DNA from: Methanobacteriota archaeon
GTDB lineage: Archaea > Thermoplasmatota > Poseidoniia > Poseidoniales > Thalassarchaeaceae
DNA: 49,887 nucleotides
Direction of reading: 5' to 3'
Assembly: GCA_002725475.1 (NCBI GenBank)
Contig: PBPH01000011.1
Span: forward strand, 1-49,887
The first letter of the stretch is position 1; each line of letters begins with the position of its first letter. Made by a program: the position numbers and the translations under genes. The notes under the pieces were generated by a model that worked only from the letters and a program-made list of their open reading frames with translations, was not told the origin of the DNA and made no database searches. This document shows positions 20,101-27,270 of the stretch, in pieces.

Positions 20101-23100
20101 AATGCAATAGTTCCAGGCAACAGGCCAATATTTGGTAGCAACGCTTACTGGTTTGGACACCCTGACACTGGATATGGTGATGATTGGAACGAGTCGATGA
20201 CCCTCCAATCAATTGATCTTCGCAATATGGCTGGTGACTTTGCATATCTGACATTCGATTATTTCGCTGAATCTGATTACCTTTCAGATTCAAGTGGTAA
20301 TATTGTGGGTGTCAACGATATGGCCAATCTTGAGATTAGCTGGCGAAAGGGTTCTCAGACTTACCAAGGAGTTGTATACGGCTCATGGAACGATTACAAT
20401 GAGAACGGTATTCAAGGAAATCAGAGTTGTGAAGACATCGATGGTGACGATTACTTCGATGAAGTGGAATTCATGGGTGACCACACTGATGAGGGCAACT
20501 ATGTAATTTGGTTTGACAGTGAAGGATTATTGAAATCTGTAACACTTGACTTAACTCACATCGTTCTGCAGAACCGTACTGGTGCTTCCAATCAATGGAG
20601 GACAGAATGCACATCAATGAGCGGCGCTGAAGTGGATCTAACTTTCCGGTTCTTATCCAATGGTGATGGAATAAATGGGCAGTCAGGATTTGCAGGATTC
20701 GCAATGGATAATATTACTGTACAAGAATACACATTTACTCCAGACCAGTCATATACAAACTCTGTAAGTGATATCGATGCACTTGAGGAGCGAAATGTTA
20801 CGATTGGCACTCATAATTTCCAGCAAGGAATTTATCGAATTGATGTTATGAGTGTGTTTGATAATGTTACTGCTGGTAACAACTGGACAAATGTCAAGGA
20901 AGTCGCACTAGGAAACAACCTTTCTAGAGTGATTTTTGAAGTAGCATCCGTAGATGTAACTCTCTACAGACCTGATGTACTGGACTGTGTAGAAGACGTA
21001 ACCTATGATTGCGTATATCCAAGAGACCAGGCTTTGAATCACGAATTTACTATTCCTCTGAAGAATGGTGTTCTTGAAGGACAGTACAACATCTATCTAG
21101 ACGTGATTGACTCTTCAGGAGCAACTGTTTCTTCAACGGCATCTACTAACAGCCCCTTGACATTAACTCCTCATGAAAGCACCGATGCAACATTCCAACC
21201 ATTTAGTGGATGGCTAGATGGGGAAACATACGAACTGCGTTTCTATTCAGAACTTATAGATGGAACACAATCAGGCAATCAGCAAAATTTCACAATTACT
21301 TTTGCAGATAGTATCGATGTGGCCATTCTATCCAACCCAACCGATCAGAATAGGCTGGAGAGCGTAAAGCAGGATATGGAATCAATGGGAATGACATATA
21401 CTCAATTCCGTCAGAGTGATTGGGATAATTATCTGACAAGTGGATGGTTAGATCATTACGATAAGGTATTACTACCTTGGCAGACAATTGCAAATGTTCA
21501 GGCAAGCGGTTACTATGATACTCTGAGTGTCACTGCAACTGAAACCATCTTGCAGAACTACATGTTAGCTGGTGGAACTGTAGAAATTCATCTTGGTCCG
21601 TTTGCAGAAGGATTGGATGACAAACTTCTGTTTAACATGGTCATTCTAAACCGTGACACTGCAGGAAATCAAATTGAGCACAGTGACCTTAACATTGCAG
21701 ATCCATATCACCCATTACTTGCTAATGTCAGTAGTACTGCATGGCTTGGAATGAACAATGGTAACTATGTTGCAAATGCAGGTTTCTCAACTGATAACTC
21801 TGGGGCAAATCAACTACCAACTCAGTGTGGTGGTAGAATAAACACCCAGCAAGGGACATTCCATAGTTTGCTAAACCATGATGATGACTCAAGTCTTCAT
21901 ATGTTGGTTACTTGTGGATTTGGTAGTGGTGGTTTGATTGTCACTACAATCGATGTTGAAAACCCAAGTGTATCTGAGCCATTCGGCAGCACCTCATCAC
22001 CACTTCGCAGCAATTTGCTTGCTTACCGTGTGACGCCATATCCTACAGAACTTGGAATTGCAGGTAACGGATGGGATCTAACCGTCAATGGTGCACCACC
22101 ATCTGAAGCAGATTCATCCGGTGATTATCCAATGTTGTACCTAAAGTCCAACAGCGTGGTCAACTTAGGATTTACATCCAATATCCCAGGCCTTGATGCA
22201 GATTGGGAAATTAGGGGTGCAACTGATTGGGATCGAAATCAATTCCCTCCCAATGTAGATTTCGCACACCGCGGAGATGATTCGCACAACGTAACTTTCT
22301 GTCTGATTGATACTAGTCCATCAGGAACTGGATGTATTCAAGATGCATCTTGGGATGTTACTCTATACCTTCACGATGCAGAAGGCCACACTAGAATCAC
22401 TCATCTGACTCTAACTACAAACGACATTATTGCGGATGAATCAGACCCAATTGCCAATGTTACAGTTGAGGAACATGCACTATATCCTGACAGCCTCGCA
22501 GATCATGGGACCAAGGAATCACAGGGAATCAACTGGTCAGTATTCCTTGTCAAATTGTCATCCAGTGGTGATGCAAAGGTCAAATTCGATGCTTGTGAAT
22601 CATATGATCCAGATGCAATGAACGGTGAGAAGGGGATAACAACTTACACATGGACAGTATTCCAAGATTATCCATGGAACAACCCTTCAAACGATTACGA
22701 TGGACATACATTTGAGAGAACCGAATCGATGGGTTGTGATTGGACTTACACTTTCCGTAACCAAACAGCTGACCCCTCAGGATTCGCAGAGAACCCTATC
22801 CGTGTTGAATTGGAGGTACAAGACAGAGCAGGCAGAGATTCTGATACATTCAAACTGTATTTCGTTGTAGTCCCAGAAGATTGGGGTGATGATGCTCCTG
22901 TTTGGGAGATTCAAACACCTCTTGACGGTTCAACTCAAACCGGTGAATATGTTTGGGTTAATGGCTCTGTGATTTCTGGTAGCGAAGATGGAGATGTGTC
23001 CATCGAAGCAGCGCTGGACTCTTCCATCCTCAATGAAACAATTGATGAGAAAGTCAAGCAATTACATGATGGTAAGTTTGCTGATGTTAGAAACCTTGGA

Positions 23101-23583
23101 GACGGTGGAGACTTCAGTCTCAAATTGAAGATAGAAGACCTCTATAACGAGAATGGTTCTATCCAGACAATTTACCTCAAGGTTGTTGAAGGAGACGGAC
23201 AAACTTGGACGCTATATCAGCAGATTGACATCAATCTACCACCAGTTGAGACAAATGTAGATCCGTGTGAAGCAGACCCCAATGCTGAGGGTTGTGATGG
23301 TAACTCCAACACAGATACTCAAAGTGGAGGCGGTATGACGAATGCAATTCTGTATGCAGGAATTGGTGCAGTTGTTCTTCTAGTGATTTTCATTATTTCA
23401 CTACTCGTAGTAAGGCGCTCTCGAAAGACTGGTGCTGAAGATGTTACTGGGTTTGCAGGTGTTGCAGGTATGGATCCAATGGAAGCATATGTGCAACAAT
23501 TGATTGCTCAAGGCTATCCTGAAGACACAGCAAGACAGTATGCCCAGCAATACGCAGGCCATTTCCAAGAACAGCAGCAATAG
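17197..23583 (+). CDS. Giant surface protein with FG-GAP/VCBS-like propeller, CARDB-like Ig domains, jelly-roll modules, a C-terminal TM and a cytoplasmic tail
   Basis: The track ORF is 17131..23583 (2150 aa, GTG start). A likelier start is the ATG at 17197, or the one at 17224 ahead of the signal peptide MNKSRVKALALVALMVLSTSLAV. Repeated Ca-binding FG-GAP-like loops are present (DFDCDGDDDIV, GDIDDDGQDDIV, ADVNGDGIDDIV, ADADGDGKIDTM, DVNQDGDVDLV). CARDB-like segments are also present (REVNVTVQNTGL, DVVVQNAGNT). The TM is AILYAGIGAVVLLVIFIISLLVV. Confidence 0.85.
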   Translation: MSSHTFELNMNKSRVKALALVALMVLSTSLAVMDVAASNSKQYPVTRNPLDLATGDFDCDGDDDIVTASEMGNFLSILWNDGGTYQDRSDIWVSNNNTRRAGFTSIADVGAVEVGDIDDDGQDDIVFYQGNIQVFGSTEVIRGNLTVLTNDDCAGSFSEDAVYTTGDILWEFQIADVNGDGIDDIVALELQDIASGTQRLLTYLGGSQRNNAATNHKITTLDNLANKVYSDLRLGNLGEAVVGGGLPGAGNDCDDLDAFIFFRTGYNAATGYADGDWDNVSIIEFECTLDTFAAWNDPNKQHQIKLNSEAGSFDIADADGDGKIDTMAITDFTSVVVQTCAAAPCPAQNNWQQVAVSPTIGDFMPATVSLEDVNQDGDVDLVVPTYSTITSLQGASGNTVTSYSTNNLDELNTVQIILSNGAGGFYSPQSMPVGRRPTMVLVGQFAGGPNSALDLAIGNRDYTFQYSNGALHIDSKGCAFDPLNPQLNGFGCGNLDAISVVQLDNEDLGISAMSVSPASFNPDTGSMTIGEGTREVNVTVQNTGLDMISGTVDVDVSVKEITGGTDTIVYSMDYDSAPTINCGNGCTWSSADYDGEQLFWHEELAANHSATPDGWEADVNPTDYMWAGTWYPNATSNNQMETGYLSNQDEALILRNIDLSGADAASLELDLFCTSGYSPVHYVNAQGGIVGMVIYDDSCNIDVYTDDDGWVPVIYRGGYDSVRLNEYYYNGGSVEYTSQIYHYSGINYSWIDLQDNNSLDLTPWAGETIDIRFRFRTGYEGSVGLDNESRNTQFDGMAIDNLTITKTITQFGQIQPVSQNLNLNNFAPGDEQSIILNAYFTNDTEYMIEATLSSPTGFVNEDASNDDIRWKMNVLNLYDPAVREITSFEPGALYASGDYPIDVVVQNAGNTVMDFDVQATVYTAQPNPLFSNPCKNVEEFEPSSCAYMFGDDSDGIGGIIDDTDPAIQNAIVPGNRPIFGSNAYWFGHPDTGYGDDWNESMTLQSIDLRNMAGDFAYLTFDYFAESDYLSDSSGNIVGVNDMANLEISWRKGSQTYQGVVYGSWNDYNENGIQGNQSCEDIDGDDYFDEVEFMGDHTDEGNYVIWFDSEGLLKSVTLDLTHIVLQNRTGASNQWRTECTSMSGAEVDLTFRFLSNGDGINGQSGFAGFAMDNITVQEYTFTPDQSYTNSVSDIDALEERNVTIGTHNFQQGIYRIDVMSVFDNVTAGNNWTNVKEVALGNNLSRVIFEVASVDVTLYRPDVLDCVEDVTYDCVYPRDQALNHEFTIPLKNGVLEGQYNIYLDVIDSSGATVSSTASTNSPLTLTPHESTDATFQPFSGWLDGETYELRFYSELIDGTQSGNQQNFTITFADSIDVAILSNPTDQNRLESVKQDMESMGMTYTQFRQSDWDNYLTSGWLDHYDKVLLPWQTIANVQASGYYDTLSVTATETILQNYMLAGGTVEIHLGPFAEGLDDKLLFNMVILNRDTAGNQIEHSDLNIADPYHPLLANVSSTAWLGMNNGNYVANAGFSTDNSGANQLPTQCGGRINTQQGTFHSLLNHDDDSSLHMLVTCGFGSGGLIVTTIDVENPSVSEPFGSTSSPLRSNLLAYRVTPYPTELGIAGNGWDLTVNGAPPSEADSSGDYPMLYLKSNSVVNLGFTSNIPGLDADWEIRGATDWDRNQFPPNVDFAHRGDDSHNVTFCLIDTSPSGTGCIQDASWDVTLYLHDAEGHTRITHLTLTTNDIIADESDPIANVTVEEHALYPDSLADHGTKESQGINWSVFLVKLSSSGDAKVKFDACESYDPDAMNGEKGITTYTWTVFQDYPWNNPSNDYDGHTFERTESMGCDWTYTFRNQTADPSGFAENPIRVELEVQDRAGRDSDTFKLYFVVVPEDWGDDAPVWEIQTPLDGSTQTGEYVWVNGSVISGSEDGDVSIEAALDSSILNETIDEKVKQLHDGKFADVRNLGDGGDFSLKLKIEDLYNENGSIQTIYLKVVEGDGQTWTLYQQIDINLPPVETNVDPCEADPNAEGCDGNSNTDTQSGGGMTNAILYAGIGAVVLLVIFIISLLVVRRSRKTGAEDVTGFAGVAGMDPMEAYVQQLIAQGYPEDTARQYAQQYAGHFQEQQQ

Positions 23584-23595
23584 CGAGCATAATGG

Positions 23596-23674
23596 TAGCC
23601 AGCGCAGTTTAATCGCTGCGCTGTGCTATCATTTTGTTCCTACTAAGGGTAACGGGCTCGCCCCGTTACCTTTT
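23596..23674 (+). terminator. Two tandem hairpins, each followed by a T-tract, between the giant gene and ahcY
   Basis: Hairpin 1 is agcgcag-tttaatcg-ctgcgct (23601-23622), flanked by tagc/gcta and followed by cattttg. Hairpin 2 is ggtaacggg-ctcgc-cccgttacc (23648-23670), followed by tttt, with the ahcY ATG at 23677. Confidence 0.35.
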
Positions 23675-23676
23675 GA

Positions 23677-24966
23677 ATGAAAGATTACTCGGCGTTAGTC
23701 ATGGATGAAGCGGACGGATACAAGGTTGCAGATCTTGGCCTCGCTGACGAGGGGGCACTTCGTGTAGATTGGGCACGTAGCAGAATGCCAGTTCTAGCCC
23801 TTCTAAGAAAGAAGGCAGAAGAAGAACAACCGCTTGCAGGGATGACCGTTGCAGGTTGTCTTCATGTTACTAAGGAAACGGCTATACTAATCGAAACAAT
23901 TGTGTCAGCCGGCGCTAAAGTATCTTGGTCGGGATGTAATCCACTTTCAACTCAGGATGATGTAGCTGCTTGGTTAGCTAGAGAAGGTTACGGAATTTAT
24001 GCTTGGCATGGCCAATCTGTTGAGGATTTCTACTGGTGTATAGACCAGACTTTGGATGCCAATCCAACTTTGACATTAGATGATGGTGCAGACCTAATTT
24101 TCCGAGTTCACGATTCACGAACTGATGCACTAGATGGTGTTATTGGTGGTACTGAAGAGACTACTACAGGAGTTCACAGACTCAGATCAATGAGTGCAGC
24201 GGGTCAGCTTAAGTATCCAGTAATCGCTGTGAATGATGCAATTACCAAATGGGATTTCGATAATGTCCATGGGACAGGTCAATCAACTCTTGATGGTATT
24301 ATGCGTGCAACTTCAGTTCTTCTTGCTGGAAAAACATTCGTGATTGCTGGATATGGTCATTGTGGTAAGGGCTTAGCAAATAGAGCGCGAGGAATGGGTT
24401 CAAATGTGGTTATTACAGAAGTAGATCCTTTGGCTGCTCTAAAAGCTCACATGGATGGCTTCCAAGTAATGACTATGGATGAGGCGGCACCAATTGGTGA
24501 TATTTTCTGTACTGCTACTGGAATGGTTGATGTGATCGTAAGTCGTCACTTTTCTGTAATGAAAGACGGCGCAATAATCTGTAATACTGGGCATTATGAT
24601 TGTGAAATTAATATCCCCGATCTCGAAAATTTATCCTCATCAGTACGTTCTATTAGAACAGATAATGAGGAATTCACTCTTTCAAATGGTAGAAGAATCC
24701 ACCTACTTGCACGAGGGCGTTTGGTAAATCTAGCAGCAGCAGAAGGACATCCATCAGAAGTGATGGACATGTCTTTTGCAAACCAATTCCTTTCACTATG
24801 TAGGTTGGCAAAGGAAGGCTCATCTTACGAGAATCTAGTTTTCGACATCACTAATGAACAGGATTCAGAATTGGCCGCCTTGAAATTAGCAGCTGAAGGA
24901 TGTAGTATTGACAAATTAACTGCAGAGCAAAAGGCGTATCACGAAGATTATTCTCATGGAACATGA
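23677..24966 (+). CDS. ahcY: Adenosylhomocysteinase (S-adenosyl-L-homocysteine hydrolase)
   Basis: Motifs YKVADLGLADEG, GCLHVTKETAILIETI, NPLSTQDDVAA, GGTEETTTGVHRL, INVNDA-like AVNDAITKWDFDNVHGTGQS, GYGHCGKG and LLARGRLVNLAAAEGHP. Confidence 0.95.
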   Translation: MKDYSALVMDEADGYKVADLGLADEGALRVDWARSRMPVLALLRKKAEEEQPLAGMTVAGCLHVTKETAILIETIVSAGAKVSWSGCNPLSTQDDVAAWLAREGYGIYAWHGQSVEDFYWCIDQTLDANPTLTLDDGADLIFRVHDSRTDALDGVIGGTEETTTGVHRLRSMSAAGQLKYPVIAVNDAITKWDFDNVHGTGQSTLDGIMRATSVLLAGKTFVIAGYGHCGKGLANRARGMGSNVVITEVDPLAALKAHMDGFQVMTMDEAAPIGDIFCTATGMVDVIVSRHFSVMKDGAIICNTGHYDCEINIPDLENLSSSVRSIRTDNEEFTLSNGRRIHLLARGRLVNLAAAEGHPSEVMDMSFANQFLSLCRLAKEGSSYENLVFDITNEQDSELAALKLAAEGCSIDKLTAEQKAYHEDYSHGT

Positions 24967-24967
24967 A

Positions 24968-25657
24968 TCAATCTCTGTTAATGTGCTTCATACCTTCTCT
25001 TATTGAGAGATTTGATAGCAATTCATTATTTTCTTCAATAAAATTTGAAACCCCTTCAGGTTGAGTTTTGGAGTATTCTCTTAGTACCCAACCAATTGCC
25101 TTTTGAATAAAAAACTCTTTTTCATGGGCGCATTGAATACAATAACTAAACAATTTTTCTTGATCCATATTTTCTTTGTGTTTTAGATGGGCAAGTATTG
25201 CACTTCTCCTAATCCATAAATTTTCATCTGTAATCCACTTGTCCAATATCTCATTCATTTCCTTTCTATTATTCATCAATAATATTCCAACTAAACCTTG
25301 AGAAATAGGATCTATAAAATCCCACCACTGCCCTTCCCTAATCATTTTTTCATATACTGATATTGCATCTAACGTGATGAATTGTTTCCATTTTCTAGCG
25401 AGTTTAATTGAAATATATTTTTCTTCTCGATGCGATAAATCCCAAATATGTGTTATAATTAGATTATATTCTTCTTGATTAGTAATGGGAAATAATTTTT
25501 TCACCTCTGCAACAATTTCGTTATGAATGGGTGATTTAACACCATAAAAATCCATAGATGTCTTCAGGTATCTCTGCATATGTGCTGCATCTTGAGGATT
25601 TGCATGCTTTGACAATTTCTTTCTGATATGATTTGCAATTTCTTCACTTAACATCAA
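24968..25657 (-). CDS. DNA alkylation repair protein (AlkD-like HEAT-repeat family)
   Basis: 229 aa. LSKHANPQDAAHMQRYLKTSMDFYGVKSPIHNEI, WIRRSAILAHL and FFIQKAIGWVLREYSK match the PF08713-type pattern by eye. Confidence 0.8.
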   Translation of the reverse strand: MMLSEEIANHIRKKLSKHANPQDAAHMQRYLKTSMDFYGVKSPIHNEIVAEVKKLFPITNQEEYNLIITHIWDLSHREEKYISIKLARKWKQFITLDAISVYEKMIREGQWWDFIDPISQGLVGILLMNNRKEMNEILDKWITDENLWIRRSAILAHLKHKENMDQEKLFSYCIQCAHEKEFFIQKAIGWVLREYSKTQPEGVSNFIEENNELLSNLSIREGMKHINRD

Positions 25658-25665
25658 TCACCAAC

Positions 25666-26673
25666 TCATTCTTCTTCGGTGAAAACAAAATCGACGGTTG
25701 TCATGTCAGGAATTTTTGGCTTCCAATTATTTGGCAAAGGTTCTGCAGCATCAACCACCTTTTCCAATCGTTCTTGGAATGCATCGGTACGATATTTCAA
25801 TAGTGATTGATATAATTTTTCTGAACGCCAATTTTCTGGGAAACAAACTTTTCCAGAACTCATTTCTATATCAGTTGCCCGAATTACATTGTAAGCCGGT
25901 CTATTCAGCCTCATTGTCAATGATTTTGACCATTTTACTCCCATTAGTACAGTTGCAATCACTAGAAGAAAACCAGTAATCATTGGTAGCCATACAGAAC
26001 CTGAGAATTCTAGGGAATTCCACAGCATTACTTCAATCATCACCATCGGACCAGCCAACATGAGGAAAGTGGTTTGTTCAGATGCCGGTTTTCGACGTCG
26101 ATCTCTTTCGATGTCCTTCCACCCTGGATGTTTTTTTTCCCAAGGTTTGAAGATTAGAGTTTTTTCTCTTTCTGCAGCCTTTTTCACTGTCCCATGAAGA
26201 CGCGCAGTCCTCATCAGTTGTGAGTGTGCCATGGCATCCATACCTTCAATCCAAAGTTGATTTAGTCTTTCAGCAGCCATCCCATATTGTCCCAAATCAG
26301 ATAAGATTGCCACTTGTTCAATTAGTGGTTCGGGATCTGTGGGGGATGCCTCACGTCGTCGCTGCCACCAAGAAAGAGCTTCTTCTAACATTCCTAATTC
26401 TTCTACTAGGATTTGCCCACCCCTCCACCAAGCCTTCCGATTTTCAGGATCGTATTCTACCACCTTGCGACATGCTCTCAAGCACCTAGATGCTTCACGT
26501 AGAGTGGGCATTCCTTTGGCGGGTAACTCAAGATTAGCACGCATCCACCAAGCATCAGCATTTTCAGGATCGGCATTGATAATTTCATCAGATAGACGAC
26601 ACATTTCGTCTCTATCTTCGGCATCTTCAGCATCAATTGCTTGCAACCATAAATCCTCGACATCGATTGGCAT
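25666..26673 (-). CDS. TPR-like repeat protein with two central TM helices, function unknown
   Basis: 335 aa. N-terminal helical repeats carry ADAWWMRA and RKAWWRGG motifs (TPR-like). Two TM segments follow (FLMLAGPMVMIEVMLW; LPMITGFLLVIATVLMGV), then a soluble C-terminus. Confidence 0.6.
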   Translation of the reverse strand: MPIDVEDLWLQAIDAEDAEDRDEMCRLSDEIINADPENADAWWMRANLELPAKGMPTLREASRCLRACRKVVEYDPENRKAWWRGGQILVEELGMLEEALSWWQRRREASPTDPEPLIEQVAILSDLGQYGMAAERLNQLWIEGMDAMAHSQLMRTARLHGTVKKAAEREKTLIFKPWEKKHPGWKDIERDRRRKPASEQTTFLMLAGPMVMIEVMLWNSLEFSGSVWLPMITGFLLVIATVLMGVKWSKSLTMRLNRPAYNVIRATDIEMSSGKVCFPENWRSEKLYQSLLKYRTDAFQERLEKVVDAAEPLPNNWKPKIPDMTTVDFVFTEEE

Positions 26674-26722
26674 GGCTCTCCGAGCGGGTTAGGGTTCTCA
26701 ATTCCACCGGCTCCAATTTTAA

Positions 26723-26953
26723 TCATTCCTCTTCTAACTCAGTATTTTCTTCCATACCCCATTCGAGGTTAGCCCAACCTCGTTCGTGTATGTAATAGAG
26801 AAGCATCTTTGTCATTAGTTCGATGCTAACAATTCCCAATCCAATCTCTATGCTCCTAGTAAGTAACAAAGCAATCAAAAACGTATCAGTAGTTGCTATA
26901 ACCCTCCAGCTAATTGTTTTCACAATACTTCTCTTCTTGCCCGCTGTACTCAT
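26723..26953 (-). CDS. DUF2061-family small membrane protein
   Basis: KRSIVKTISWRVIATTDTFLIALLLT...LLYYIHERGWANLEWG matches the DUF2061 pattern (KtitwR...yyxHERxW). The track start is 26980; the internal Met at 26953 is the likelier start. Confidence 0.7.
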   Translation of the reverse strand: MSTAGKKRSIVKTISWRVIATTDTFLIALLLTRSIEIGLGIVSIELMTKMLLYYIHERGWANLEWGMEENTELEEE

Positions 26954-27001
26954 ATTATCGCTGCTACCGATTAATCGCATCTATGATGTACCTTTCGCAA
27001 C

Positions 27002-27021
27002 AAAAAAAATATTTTTTTTTT
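27002..27021. promoter_or_regulatory. Palindromic A8-TA-T10 tract between divergent genes (candidate bidirectional TATA/promoter element)
   Basis: The sequence caAAAAAAAATATTTTTTTTTTc lies between the 5' end of the DUF2061 gene (minus strand) and the zinc-ribbon ORF (plus strand, ATG at 27089). Confidence 0.3.
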
Positions 27022-27088
27022 CAAAAATTGCTTATCCTTAGGTATTCTTGATGAAGGTCGAGTTCTTGTCACGAATCGGAGAAGGGGT

Positions 27089-27268
27089 ATGCCAAAGGTA
27101 AGGAAGCCAAAGAATGGATGGCCTCGTTTGCCAATTCCGCGGAGGTTTAGGAGAGTAAAAAAGGCAAATTCAGGCTTACCTCCTTGCCCCGAATGTAAAA
27201 AATACTCAGTCAAGAGGGATGAAAGAAGAGGCGAAAAATATTGCTCTGAGTGTGGCCTAACTCTTTGA
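27089..27268 (+). CDS. Small basic zinc-ribbon protein (59 aa)
   Basis: My own translation; the ORF is below the track cutoff: MPKVRKPKNGWPRLPIPRRFRRVKKANSGLPPCPECKKYSVKRDERRGEKYCSECGLTL. It has a CPxC...CxxCG four-Cys ribbon (TFIIB-ribbon-like spacing) and a basic N-terminus. It conflicts with the implausible minus-strand ORF 26971..27213. Confidence 0.5.
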   Translation: MPKVRKPKNGWPRLPIPRRFRRVKKANSGLPPCPECKKYSVKRDERRGEKYCSECGLTL

Positions 27269-27270
27269 GT

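Noticed and set aside
26478-26726. 82-aa minus-strand ORF and the 117-aa plus-strand ORF (26339-26692) around the 5' end of the TPR/TM protein gene
   Set aside because: Both overlap the better-supported 335-aa CDS or its start region and have shadow-frame composition. No independent signals support them.
26971-27213. 80-aa minus-strand ORF in the DUF2061/zinc-ribbon spacer
   Set aside because: It runs through the A8-TA-T10 tract, has an odd composition (FFLLRKVHHRCD and similar), and conflicts with the better-formed plus-strand four-Cys zinc-ribbon ORF.
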